NCBI GenBank assembly: GCA_963829415.1
Contig: CAWHII010000004.1
Coordinates: forward strand, 238,783 to 302,782
Source of the DNA: an uncultured beta proteobacterium
Lineage (GTDB): Bacteria; Pseudomonadota; Gammaproteobacteria; Burkholderiales; Casimicrobiaceae
Length of the DNA: 64,000 nt
Reading direction: 5' to 3'
This document shows positions 1 through 9,628 of the stretch, one piece after another; positions within the stretch are counted from its first letter, which is position 1; each line of letters begins with the position of its first letter. Below the pieces are notes generated by a model. That model made no database searches. It was not told where the DNA came from and saw only the letters and a program-made list of their open reading frames with translations. A program made the position numbers and the translations under genes.

Positions 1-38
1 CGCCTTTCTGATGCCGGAAGACCGGAGGTAACCAGGGT

Positions 39-1049
39 ATGAACGACTCGCCAACCGGCCGCAGCGACGTGGCGCCGCTGATGGAGCGGATACTCTACGA
101 AGTGAAACGGGTTGTGGTCGGCCAGGACCATTTTCTCGAGCGCGTCATGGTGGCGATACTGGCACAAGGCCACCTGCTCGTCGAAGGAGTGCCGGGTCTG
201 GCCAAGACGCTGACGGTCAAGACGCTCGCGCGCACCATCCACGGCACATTCAAACGCATCCAGTTCACGCCGGATCTCGTGCCGGCAGACCTGGTCGGAA
301 CCCGCATCTACAACCAGAAGACCGGCGAATTCAACACGTCGCTCGGCCCGGTGTTCACCAACCTGCTCCTTGCCGATGAAATCAACCGCGCACCCGCCAA
401 GGTGCAAAGCGCGTTGCTCGAAGTCATGCAGGAATGCCAGGTCACGATCGCCGGGCAAACGCATCGCGTTCCCGAGCCCTTCCTGGTCATGGCGACGCAG
501 AATCCGATCGAGACCGAGGGCACGTATCCGCTGCCGGAGGCACAGGTGGACCGGTTCATGATGAAGGTACTGGTGGGCTACCCCAGCGAGGACGAGGAGT
601 TCGTGATCGTCGAGCGTGTGACCGGCGCGGCGCAGGAAGTAGCCGCCGTCGCCACCACCGACGAACTCGCCGCGTTGCAGCGCGAATGCCGTACGGGCTA
701 CGTGGATCCGTCATTGATGCGCTATGCGGTGCGCCTTGCCAATGCCACACGCAATCCCGAGCGCTTCGGCCTCCCCGACATCGCGCGCTACGTGACCTAC
801 GGTGCAAGTCCGCGCGCTTCCATCCATCTCATCGAGGCCGCGCGCGCACTCGCATTCCTGCGTGGACGCGCGTTTGCATTGCCCGAGGACGTATCGGACC
901 TGGCACCCGACGTTCTGCGCCACCGGCTGTCGCTATCGTACGAAGCGCTGGCCGATTCGATTTCCGCCGACGCATTGATCCTGCGCATTCTGCAACACGT
1001 CCCGCGCCCCGAAAAACCACTCGAAAGCCATGTCCGGATCGACGCCTGA
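39..1049 (+). CDS. moxR: MoxR-family AAA+ ATPase
   Basis: Walker A GVPGLAKT, RIQFTPDLVPADL, Walker B LLADEINRAPAKVQSALLEVMQE, ATQNPIETEGTYPLPEAQVDRF; followed by DUF58 and vWA genes. Confidence 0.93.
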   Translation: MNDSPTGRSDVAPLMERILYEVKRVVVGQDHFLERVMVAILAQGHLLVEGVPGLAKTLTVKTLARTIHGTFKRIQFTPDLVPADLVGTRIYNQKTGEFNTSLGPVFTNLLLADEINRAPAKVQSALLEVMQECQVTIAGQTHRVPEPFLVMATQNPIETEGTYPLPEAQVDRFMMKVLVGYPSEDEEFVIVERVTGAAQEVAAVATTDELAALQRECRTGYVDPSLMRYAVRLANATRNPERFGLPDIARYVTYGASPRASIHLIEAARALAFLRGRAFALPEDVSDLAPDVLRHRLSLSYEALADSISADALILRILQHVPRPEKPLESHVRIDA

Positions 1050-1959
1050 GGCCGTCCTGCGGCGGCTGGAATGGACTGTGATGCGCCGGCTGGACGGCGT
1101 GTTGCACGGCGACTACCGCACGCTGTTTCGCGGACAGGGGCTCGACCTCGCGGATTTGCGCGAATATGTCTACCACGACGACGTGAGGCACATCGACTGG
1201 AACGTCACCGCGCGTCTGCAGACACCCTATGTCCGCGAGTTCAACGAGGAACGCGAAGTTGCCGCATGGTTCCTGCTGGATCTGAGCGCCTCCGTGGACT
1301 TCGGCTCAAGGCAGTTGCGAAAACTGGCGGTCGCAACCGAGTTCGTCGCCGTGCTCGCCCGGATTCTCACGCGGCACGGCAACCGGGTCGGCGCACTTTT
1401 CTATGGCAGCCGCGTGGACGCCGTGATCCCGGCGCGCAGCGGTCGTCGTCAGGTCCTGCACATCCTGCACCGCATGCAGACGCGCACCGCGCCCATGGAC
1501 AACAACGTGACGAATCTGCGCGATCTCCTCGAATTCGCGGGTCGAATGGCGCCGCGGCGCTCGCTCCTGTTCGTGGTCTCCGATTTCATCAGTCTGCCTG
1601 GATGGCCGGAGGCGCTCGCCCGCCTGGCGGAGCGCCATGACGTGGTCGCCGTTCGCCTGTACGACCCGATGGAGATGGACCTGCCCGACCTCGGATTGCT
1701 GGTCATCCAGGATGCCGAATCGGGTGAGCAGCTTTTCGTAGACACGCATGACGTCGGTTTCCGGAAGCGTTTTGCCGCGGCAGCGCACAGACGCGAGGCG
1801 GAGTTGCGCGCGGCCTTTCGCTCGGCGAACGTGGATGCGCTCGAGCTTGCCACCGACGACGATCTGGTCGATGCGATCCTGCGCTTTTCCGACCTGCGCA
1901 AGCGGCGCAGTCGAATGGCGGCGGGTGGCAGCCTGCCCGGTCACCTCGGCGCAGCCTGA
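1030..1959 (+). CDS. DUF58 domain protein (MoxR-associated)
   Basis: G.DLADLREYVYHDDVRHIDWNVTAR motif; overlaps moxR end. Confidence 0.9.
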   Translation: MSGSTPEAVLRRLEWTVMRRLDGVLHGDYRTLFRGQGLDLADLREYVYHDDVRHIDWNVTARLQTPYVREFNEEREVAAWFLLDLSASVDFGSRQLRKLAVATEFVAVLARILTRHGNRVGALFYGSRVDAVIPARSGRRQVLHILHRMQTRTAPMDNNVTNLRDLLEFAGRMAPRRSLLFVVSDFISLPGWPEALARLAERHDVVAVRLYDPMEMDLPDLGLLVIQDAESGEQLFVDTHDVGFRKRFAAAAHRREAELRAAFRSANVDALELATDDDLVDAILRFSDLRKRRSRMAAGGSLPGHLGAA

Positions 1960-3002
1960 TGTCGTTCGCCTGGCCCGAAATGCTCTGGTTGCTGGTGCTC
2001 GTGCCGGTGCTGGCCGGCGCCTACGTCCTGTTGCTGCGACGGAAGAAAAAGACCGCCTTGCGCTTTGCGAGCCTGAGCCTCATCCGTGAATCCCTTGGCG
2101 CCGGCCAGCGCTTCAGACGGCACGTGCCGCCGATGCTGTTCCTGTTGGCACTCACGCTGATGCTCATGGCGATTGCACGACCGACGGCGGTCGTCACCCT
2201 GCCGTCGCAGCACGAAACAGTGATCCTCGCGATGGATGTCTCAGGCAGCATGCGGGCCACGGATGTCAAGCCCAGCCGCATCGCCGCGGCGCAGGAGGCG
2301 GCGCGCGCCTTTGTCGCCGAACAGCCGAAGACCACCCGGATCGGCGTCGTGTCGTTCGCCGCAACCGCTTCGGTGGTGCAATCGCCGACGCACAGCCGCG
2401 AAGACATCCTGGCTGCAATCGAGCGCTTCAACCTGCAGCGCGGAACGGCCGTGGGCAGCGGCATCCTCGTCTCGCTAAAGATGATTTTTCCGGACGTAGA
2501 ATTCGATCTGCGCGCATCCAATCCGCGGGGAAGCACCCAGCGCAGTGCGGCGCTCGACACGTCAAAGGTGCCGGACAAGCCCGCGCCAAAACCGGTTCCA
2601 CCCGGCTCCTATACCGGCGCAGCGATCATCCTGCTCACCGACGGACAGACCACCACCGGGCCTGATCCGATAGAGTCCGCTCGCATGGCCGCCGACCGCG
2701 GTGTACGTGTCTATACGGTCGGCATTGGTACGTCCGGAGGCGAAATCATCGGCGCGGAAGGCTGGTCGATGCGCGTGCGGCTCGACGAGGAATCGCTCAA
2801 GACCATCGCCAACCTGACTCGCGCGGAATATTTTTACGCGGGCACGGCTGCCGACCTGCAGAAGATCTACCAGAACCTCAACACGCGGATCTTCTTCGAG
2901 CAGAAGGAGACCGAAATCACGGCGCTGTTCGCCGCAGCAGCGGCGGTGCTGGCGTTGCTTTCGGCGTTGCTTTCCATGCTGTGGTTCAACCGGATCATGT
3001 AG
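1959..3002 (+). CDS. vWA domain membrane protein (BatA-like N-terminus)
   Basis: N-terminal WPEMLWLL TM segment, MIDAS DVSGS, ILLTDG, C-terminal TM helix. Confidence 0.9.
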   Translation: MSFAWPEMLWLLVLVPVLAGAYVLLLRRKKKTALRFASLSLIRESLGAGQRFRRHVPPMLFLLALTLMLMAIARPTAVVTLPSQHETVILAMDVSGSMRATDVKPSRIAAAQEAARAFVAEQPKTTRIGVVSFAATASVVQSPTHSREDILAAIERFNLQRGTAVGSGILVSLKMIFPDVEFDLRASNPRGSTQRSAALDTSKVPDKPAPKPVPPGSYTGAAIILLTDGQTTTGPDPIESARMAADRGVRVYTVGIGTSGGEIIGAEGWSMRVRLDEESLKTIANLTRAEYFYAGTAADLQKIYQNLNTRIFFEQKETEITALFAAAAAVLALLSALLSMLWFNRIM

Positions 3003-3022
3003 CGATCCGGGCGAGACTCCCG

Positions 3023-3448
3023 CTATTCCAGCATGTCTTCACGCTGCGAGAGATTGGTGCGCAGTTCGTACAAGTCGTCGTCGAGGGCGTCTCTTGCTGA
3101 GACCATGCCAAGCGGCCGGCCGTCTTCGACGACGGGCAGATGCCGGAATCGCCCGACATGCATGATGCGCAGCGCATGCAGGAACGGCTTGTCGGGGTGA
3201 ATGGTCTGCGGCTGCGGCGTCATGACCTGGGACAACCGCGTTGCACCGGGATCGCGGCCTTCCGCGAGCACGCGAAAGAGCGCATCGCGCTCCGTGAAGA
3301 TTCCGCACAGCTGCGGCCCGTCCATGACCAGTAGCGCCCCGACGTTGTGCTCTTTCATCGTGCGCGCCGCTTCGATGACGGTGACCGTTTTCGCCACGGT
3401 AACCGGAGCCCGCCCCTCGACCACCGAGCGCAGGGAACGAATGGACAT
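3023..3448 (-). CDS. CBS-pair protein
   Basis: Two CBS repeats (GALLVMDG..GIFTERD; FRHLPVVEDGRPLGMVSARD); start reassigned to ATG 3448 (MSIRSLR). Confidence 0.88.
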   Translation of the reverse strand: MSIRSLRSVVEGRAPVTVAKTVTVIEAARTMKEHNVGALLVMDGPQLCGIFTERDALFRVLAEGRDPGATRLSQVMTPQPQTIHPDKPFLHALRIMHVGRFRHLPVVEDGRPLGMVSARDALDDDLYELRTNLSQREDMLE

Positions 3449-3662
3449 GATGACCTCTGGGTGACGACCGCAATACGGGTATTGGGCACCCTTGCCGGAA
3501 CGAAAGTCAAGAGCCCGACGCCGGCTGCGCAGCGCCCGATTGACGTCCCGCGCATGACTCGCGTACCGTTGGCGACCGATTGCAACGGACTCTACGGCAA
3601 TCCCGGCGCCGCTGGCGTCGCGCAGCGTGCATTCCAACCCATGCCACAAGGGGCGTTACACC

Positions 3663-4478
3663 ATGCCGATCAGCGGTCATTCTTTTGCCATGGCGGCGGC
3701 CTTCGCGCTCGTCGCTGCAGCCACCGCGTGGCATGACCCCGCGCATGCTGCAAAGATCACGGAGTGCACGAAGGTTGGAATCTGCTATTGCGTGAACGAG
3801 GATCTCAAGCCGACGATTGAGGCCAAGGTCGATCGCTTCCGGCAGATGCTCGCGGAACAGCGCAAGTCCGGGAAGGCCGTCGGATATCTGAGCGTGCCAC
3901 TCACTTCGGCCGGCGGCGGCAACTTCAACGTCAACATGGACGTGGCGGAAGCCACCAAGGCAGCGGTCGAGAAGCGCCTTGGGGCCGAGTTCGTGTTTGT
4001 GCTGAATCCAACCACGCTGGAAGCCGACCTGCCCAAGGGTGCCGGTGCCGACTACATGCTGATGTGGGCGAGCCTGCTCGAAGGCCCGGACGGGCTGGGC
4101 GATTTCGATTTCGCGTATTTCGCGGGGCCGCAGGAATTCGCCCGCTATTTCGGGTTCGACGGCAACAACGACATGGCGAAGCTCGATGCGTACTTCGACA
4201 AGCGCGTCAAATCCGATCCGGACTTCGACAAGGCCGTACAGAATGGGTTGACCAAGGCCGCGTTTCGCAAGTATTACGGATTGCGGGCATCGGCAACGGT
4301 GAGTCGCGGCGCGCACGACGAGTGGAACATCATCCGCGCCGTCAACGAAAGGCGCCGCGCGGACAGCAAGCTGGGCACCGGCAACCAGATCACGATCTTC
4401 TTCGACGGGCTGGGAGTCGCGCCACCCCAGGGAGAATCCGGCGTGTCGGAAGGTTACGTCGGAAAATGTGCGCTCTAA
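3663..4478 (+). CDS. Secreted protein with nucleoside 2-deoxyribosyltransferase/DUF4406-like motifs (putative N-glycosidase)
   Basis: Signal peptide ending PAHA-AK; ordered motifs YLSVPLT, N, VLNP, DYM, DFAYF, SRGAHDE parallel the DUF4406/NDT pattern YIsGPMT..N..VLNP..DYM..D.IY..S.GA..E; start ATG 3663 (or 3690). Confidence 0.55.
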   Translation: MPISGHSFAMAAAFALVAAATAWHDPAHAAKITECTKVGICYCVNEDLKPTIEAKVDRFRQMLAEQRKSGKAVGYLSVPLTSAGGGNFNVNMDVAEATKAAVEKRLGAEFVFVLNPTTLEADLPKGAGADYMLMWASLLEGPDGLGDFDFAYFAGPQEFARYFGFDGNNDMAKLDAYFDKRVKSDPDFDKAVQNGLTKAAFRKYYGLRASATVSRGAHDEWNIIRAVNERRRADSKLGTGNQITIFFDGLGVAPPQGESGVSEGYVGKCAL

Positions 4479-4500
4479 AAGAACACTTCAGGGAGAGACA

Positions 4501-5541
4501 ATGACCATCACCCCACATTGGCTGCGGCGCGGGTCGCGTGTACTTGCAGTCCTGACGTTTGCAGCCGCGTCCTTCGTCGGCGCAATCCCGGCCAGGGCTG
4601 CGGAAACGGTGAACGTCTATTCGATCTGGCCCGAGAACTGGGCGCGTCCGATGTTCGAGGAGTTCGAGAAGGCCACCGGCGTCAAGGTCAACTTCGTGCG
4701 CTTCTCCTCTGGCGAGGCGCTCGCCCGCGTCATCGCGGAGAAGAACAACCCCCGTGTGGACGTGCTGTTCGGCGGTCCCGTCGAGACGTTTGCCGCCGGC
4801 ATCAACGAAGGCCTTTTCGAGTCATACAAGCCACCATCCTTTGCCGTGCTGCCCGCGCGCTTCAAGCAGGCGGATGGGCAATGGGTCGCCATCGCCGACG
4901 ATCCGCTCGTGTTCATGACCAACGAAAAATTCCTCAAGGAGAACGGCCTCAAGGCGCCGGCTTCCTGGAACGACCTGCTGGCGCCGCCCTACAGGAACAT
5001 GCTGCAGATGGCCGACGCGCGCACTTCAGGAACTGCGGTAACGCGCATTTTTTCCATCCTCGAGGTCAACGGCCGTGACGAGACCAAAGCCTTCGACTAC
5101 ATGAAGAAATTGCGGCCGAACGTGCAGCTGTACACGAAGAGCGGTGGCGGAGGCACGCTGCCGGTCGGCCTTGGCCAGGCGGGTGGCGGCATCTTCTTCA
5201 TCGTCGACGCGCTGGACACCAAGGCCAAGGGCTACGACGTTTCGCTCAGTTTCCCCAAGGAAGGCATCGGCACTGCCGCCGAGGGCATAGCCCTCATCAA
5301 GGGCGCGAAGAATCCGGAACTCGGAAAGAAATTGATCGACTGGGCGAGTTCGCCGGCAATGCAGAATCAGTTCGCCAAGTACAAGGTCAACTTCGTCCCG
5401 GCACACCCCGACGTGAAGATCGAACCGAGCCTGGCCGAAGTATTGAAGGGCGCGAAGATCTTTCCCATCGATGCGGAATACGCAGGCGCCAACCGCAAGC
5501 GCATCGTCGACCGGTGGGTCGCGGAAGTGCTGAATCCCTAG
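4501..5541 (+). CDS. ABC transporter substrate-binding protein, Fe3+/sugar-phosphate (AfuA-like) family
   Basis: Signal peptide, RFSSGEALARVIAEKNNPRVDVLFGG, DARTSGTA, YTKSG, FPKEG motifs; RBS GGGAGA before ATG 4501. Confidence 0.85.
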   Translation: MTITPHWLRRGSRVLAVLTFAAASFVGAIPARAAETVNVYSIWPENWARPMFEEFEKATGVKVNFVRFSSGEALARVIAEKNNPRVDVLFGGPVETFAAGINEGLFESYKPPSFAVLPARFKQADGQWVAIADDPLVFMTNEKFLKENGLKAPASWNDLLAPPYRNMLQMADARTSGTAVTRIFSILEVNGRDETKAFDYMKKLRPNVQLYTKSGGGGTLPVGLGQAGGGIFFIVDALDTKAKGYDVSLSFPKEGIGTAAEGIALIKGAKNPELGKKLIDWASSPAMQNQFAKYKVNFVPAHPDVKIEPSLAEVLKGAKIFPIDAEYAGANRKRIVDRWVAEVLNP

Positions 5542-5544
5542 GCA

Positions 5545-7257
5545 TTGCGGGTGGCCAACGTGTCCGGCCGCGCCATGTCGGCCGCATTGCCCGGCGTCAG
5601 GGATCCGGCCCTGCTGATCGCGGTGTTGGCGTTGTGGGCGCTGCTGGCCCTGTTCGTCGTCTATCCATTGACGATGCTGTTCGCGCGGATCCTCACCGAC
5701 CACGGCGCGTTCACGACCACCGGCATCGTGGCGGTATTGACGGACAAGCACCAGATCCGCGCATTCTGGAACAGCCTGCTGCTGGCCCTTCTGGTCGGCA
5801 GCTGGGGTACTGCGCTGGGTTTCCTGTTCGCGTTCACCGCCACGAGAGCCCGCCTGCCGCGCACGCTGCTCTGGGCCATCGACGCCGCAGTGCTGCTGCC
5901 GCTGGTCTCGCCACCGTTCACGACCGCGATCGCGATGATCTTTTCCTTCGGTCCGCGCGGCCTCGTCACCTATCACGTGCTCGGACTCAAGGGCGTCACT
6001 GTCTATGGACTGGCCAGCACCCTGGCCTCCGAGGTCCTGACGTACTTTCCCATCGCATACCTGACGCTGCGGCCACTCCTCACGGCCATTGATTCCAACA
6101 TCGAGGGCATGGCATCGAGCCTGGGCGCATCGCGCTGGCGCGTCTTCCGCACCGTGACGCTGCCGCTGTGCATTCCCGGGCTCGCCAACGCGTTCCTGCT
6201 GCTGTTCGCCGCATCGCTTGCCGATTTCGCCACGCCGCTGATCCTGGCCGGCAACCAGTTCCCGGTCCTGCCGACGCAGGCCTACCTGCAGATCACCGGC
6301 CTGTTCGACCTGCGCGGTGGTGCCGCGCTGTCCTTCGTGCTGCTCGTTCCGGCATTGGCCGTATTTCTGCTGCAGAGGTATTGGGTAAGCCGGCGCTTCT
6401 ATGTCACGATCACCGGAAAGGGCGCCGGACAGGCGCCGTTCGACAGCATGGCGCCGGCCATTCGCACTGCCTTGCTCGCCGCCTGCGCCTGCGTCGCACT
6501 GGTCATCGTGTATTTCTACGCGCTGCTTCTCTACGCGTCCATGGTCGTCGCCCTGGGCGCCAATCACGCATTCACGCTGCAGCACTACCGCGTGATTTTC
6601 ACCGACGGGCTGAAGGCGATTCTCGACACGCTGATCATCGCCGCCTTCGCAATGCCGCTGGGCGGCTTCTACGGCGTGCTGTTGGGTTACCTCGTCACCA
6701 AGAAAGCGTTCATCGGTCGCCGCACGATGGAACTGGTCTCGATGATCAACTATGCATTACCGGGGACGATCGTCGGCATCGCCTACCTGATTGCGTTCAA
6801 CGATCCGCCCATCGAGCTGAGCGGCACGGCGCTGATCATCATCGCCTGCTACGTTTTCCGCTACGGCCCCACGGGCATCCGAGCGACCGTGGCTCAGCTG
6901 CAACAGATCGACAAGAGTCTGGAAGAGGCTTCGCAGGGGCTGGGCGCGGGCAGCAGCACGACATTTCGCCGCATCACGCTGCCGCTCATCCTGCCCGCCT
7001 TCTTTGCCGGACTGGGCGTCGTGTTCATCCGCTCGATGACGGCAATCAGCGCGACGATCTTTCTCGTGTCGATCAGCTGGTCGCTCATCACGGTGAAGAT
7101 CCTCGAAAACATCACCGAGCTATCGCTGGGTCCCGCCGCGGCCTTTTCGGTCCTGGTGGTCGTGATCGTCTTTGTCGTCATCGCCCTAGTCGGCCGCGTG
7201 CTGCGCCTGTTCCACGCGCCCGGCGCGGTGCCGGTGACGAGTCTGCTCGGTGGCTGA
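5545..7257 (+). CDS. ABC transporter permease (FbpB/AfuB type, two TM modules)
   Basis: Multiple TM helices, two EAA-like loops (EGMASSLGAS, EEASQGLGAG). Confidence 0.9.
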   Translation: MRVANVSGRAMSAALPGVRDPALLIAVLALWALLALFVVYPLTMLFARILTDHGAFTTTGIVAVLTDKHQIRAFWNSLLLALLVGSWGTALGFLFAFTATRARLPRTLLWAIDAAVLLPLVSPPFTTAIAMIFSFGPRGLVTYHVLGLKGVTVYGLASTLASEVLTYFPIAYLTLRPLLTAIDSNIEGMASSLGASRWRVFRTVTLPLCIPGLANAFLLLFAASLADFATPLILAGNQFPVLPTQAYLQITGLFDLRGGAALSFVLLVPALAVFLLQRYWVSRRFYVTITGKGAGQAPFDSMAPAIRTALLAACACVALVIVYFYALLLYASMVVALGANHAFTLQHYRVIFTDGLKAILDTLIIAAFAMPLGGFYGVLLGYLVTKKAFIGRRTMELVSMINYALPGTIVGIAYLIAFNDPPIELSGTALIIIACYVFRYGPTGIRATVAQLQQIDKSLEEASQGLGAGSSTTFRRITLPLILPAFFAGLGVVFIRSMTAISATIFLVSISWSLITVKILENITELSLGPAAAFSVLVVVIVFVVIALVGRVLRLFHAPGAVPVTSLLGG

Positions 7258-8359
7258 AGCGATGGCCGCGGAGACCATCGGCGTCCGCATCGACGGCGTA
7301 TCGAAGCGCTTTTCGCATCGCGTGAAGGGGGAGATCTACGCGGCGCGGGACGTGCACCTCGACGTGCACGCTGGCGAATTCCTGACGCTGCTGGGACCTT
7401 CCGGCTGCGGCAAGACAACCACGCTGCGCATGGTCGCCGGCTTCGAGACGCCGGATGCCGGTCGCATTCGCTTCGGCGCGCAGGACGTCACCGAGTTGCC
7501 GGCGAACCAGCGCAACATCGGTTTCGTGTTCCAGAATTATGCGCTGTTCCCGCACTTGTCCGTGTTCGAGAACGTCGCCTACGGACTGCGCGTGCGCGGG
7601 GAGACGGACGACATCGTTCGCAGGAACGTGGGCGATGTCCTCGCACTGGTGGGTCTGGCGGGTTACGAGCATCAGTTTTCGGGTCAGCTCTCGGGCGGCG
7701 AGCAGCAGCGTGTGGCACTCGCCCGCGCGATCGTAATCCGTCCCCGGGTTCTGCTTTTCGACGAACCGCTGTCGAATCTGGATGCCAAGCTGCGGGTCCA
7801 GATGCGCCAGGAGATCCGGGACCTGCAGCGCCGGCTCGCCATCACAACAATCTATGTCACGCACGACCAGGAAGAGGCGATGGCTGTCTCCGACCGGATC
7901 GCCGTGATGAACCTGGGCACCATCGTCCAGGAGGGTACCGCGGAGGACCTGTATCACCGGCCCGCATCCGAGTTCGTGGCCCGGTTCGTCGGCCGCGTCA
8001 ATCTCGTGGCCGGGCGGGTTGAATCTGTCGCAGCGGACCGCCTGCAGATCGCCGCACTCGGAACAGTGATCGACGTGTATTGGCCAGCAAGGGGTTTTGC
8101 CGTGGGCAACGCAGTGCAACTGGTCGTGCGTCCCGAAGCCATCGAATTGTCCGGCGTGATGAGCGGACGACCCGTGGCGACGATCGAGGCGCGAATGTTT
8201 CTCGGGGAAAAGGTCGAGTATTTGCTACGCTGCGGCAGTGAGCAACTGCAGACCGTCCGCTACAATGCCGGTCCCGGCGAGATCCTCGGCGATGGCGCGA
8301 CGGTTTCGTTGCGCTTTGCGGAGGACGCGTTGACCGTACTTCCGCCGGGTAAAGCATGA
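7250..8359 (+). CDS. ABC transporter ATP-binding subunit (FbpC/AfuC/PotA type, TOBE domain)
   Basis: [37 protein letters not shown]. Confidence 0.92.
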   Translation: MAEAMAAETIGVRIDGVSKRFSHRVKGEIYAARDVHLDVHAGEFLTLLGPSGCGKTTTLRMVAGFETPDAGRIRFGAQDVTELPANQRNIGFVFQNYALFPHLSVFENVAYGLRVRGETDDIVRRNVGDVLALVGLAGYEHQFSGQLSGGEQQRVALARAIVIRPRVLLFDEPLSNLDAKLRVQMRQEIRDLQRRLAITTIYVTHDQEEAMAVSDRIAVMNLGTIVQEGTAEDLYHRPASEFVARFVGRVNLVAGRVESVAADRLQIAALGTVIDVYWPARGFAVGNAVQLVVRPEAIELSGVMSGRPVATIEARMFLGEKVEYLLRCGSEQLQTVRYNAGPGEILGDGATVSLRFAEDALTVLPPGKA

Positions 8360-8865
8360 ACATCCGCGCGCGCCGTGTGATCGTCATCGGCGTGTTCGTG
8401 GCGACGTTGCTGCCGTCCGCGCTCGCCGCGGAGGCGACGCGCGAACTGCACGGCAGCGCCGATGCGTTTGCCGTGCCGGGCGTGGCGCTCGCATGGGGCG
8501 TGCAACGCGGTGCGACGGAGGAGGCGACGCTGGTCGTGGTCCGCGTGGTCACCGATCCTGACGTATACGCCGATATTGCCGTCACCGGCATCGATCCATT
8601 TACCCAGCGCCGGCAGCAGAGGCTCGCAACAACGCCTTCCGCCGGTGGCGTGGAGCTGCGGACGCCGCGCGCGCATTTTGCCGAGTTTCCTCGCACCGAA
8701 TTCTTGTTCTACGCGCCCGGGCCAATGCCGAAATCCCGAACCGCATCGCTGCTCGTCTTCTACGTCGGCGTGCCGGATAGCACGCCCGAATTCGTCGACG
8801 CAGCAAAGCTCGACGCCTATCTCAGCGCGCGCATTGCGCAATTGCGCGGGGGCAAGCTACCGTGA
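8356..8865 (+). CDS. Exported hypothetical protein in the ABC-deoC operon
   Basis: Hydrophobic N-terminus with AxA site; 4-bp overlaps with both neighbours. Confidence 0.65.
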   Translation: MNIRARRVIVIGVFVATLLPSALAAEATRELHGSADAFAVPGVALAWGVQRGATEEATLVVVRVVTDPDVYADIAVTGIDPFTQRRQQRLATTPSAGGVELRTPRAHFAEFPRTEFLFYAPGPMPKSRTASLLVFYVGVPDSTPEFVDAAKLDAYLSARIAQLRGGKLP

Positions 8866-9578
8866 CACGCACTGAATTCGCCCGACTGCTCGACCACTCG
8901 GTGCTCAAACCCGAGGCGACCGAGGCCGACCTCCTTGCGGGCGCGGAGGTCGTCGCTGCCTGGAACATCGGCTTCTACTGCGTGCAGCCGAGCTGGATCA
9001 AGCTCGCCTGCGCTGCCCTTGCGGACACTGATGCCACAGTGGTAACGGTCATCGGCTTCCCACATGGCTGCGACGCAATGGAAGTGAAGGTGCGGGCTGC
9101 GGCCATCGCGGTCGCCGAAGGCGCCGGGGAAGTCGACATGGTGCAGAACTTCGGTCTGCTCAGGAGCGGCCGCGCGAACCTCGTTGCAGCGGAGATCGAA
9201 GCGGTGGTCCGCGCAATCCCGGGAATCCCGGTCAAGGTCATCCTGGAAACAGCGACGCTTACGTTCAGCGAGAAGAAGCTTGCATCGCGAATCGCCTGCG
9301 ATGCCGGCGCTGCATTCCTCAAGACGTCCACGGGATTCCACCCCGGCGGCGGTGCAACGATTGCCGATGTTGCCCTGCTGCGCGAAGTCGCCGGGCAGCG
9401 CGTCGGCGTCAAAGCGTCGGGCGGGATTCGAACGCTTGCCGACGCGCAGGCAATGCTCGATGCCGGCGCCAATCGCGTCGGAACGTCGGCCAGTGCGTCG
9501 ATCCTCGCGGCAATCGACCCCACCGACCAAGGTCGCGCCAGCGCCACCCCCCGGGAACGAAAATCGAAGCCTGGTTGA
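8862..9578 (+). CDS. deoC: Deoxyribose-phosphate aldolase
   Basis: LDHSVLKPEAT, TVIGFPHG, EVDMV, VKVILET, FLKTSTGF, GVKASGGIRT, RVGTS. Confidence 0.93.
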   Translation: MTRTEFARLLDHSVLKPEATEADLLAGAEVVAAWNIGFYCVQPSWIKLACAALADTDATVVTVIGFPHGCDAMEVKVRAAAIAVAEGAGEVDMVQNFGLLRSGRANLVAAEIEAVVRAIPGIPVKVILETATLTFSEKKLASRIACDAGAAFLKTSTGFHPGGGATIADVALLREVAGQRVGVKASGGIRTLADAQAMLDAGANRVGTSASASILAAIDPTDQGRASATPRERKSKPG

Positions 9579-9628
9579 ATTTGCGCCGCGGCGAGCCTAG
9601 GATAGGCGGCATCCATCAGGAGGCAATC

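Noticed and set aside
5026-6585. Long antisense ORFs here and at 33831, 46399, 50655, 53227, 53955, 55498 and elsewhere
   Set aside because: They are shadows of GC3-biased sense genes, with Arg/Ala/Gly-rich products and no motifs.
4501-8359. Default label 'iron(III) ABC transporter'
   Set aside because: Not excluded, but no Fur-box-like AT-rich palindrome or iron genes were noticed, and the operon ends in deoC. A phosphorylated-sugar substrate fits the context better.
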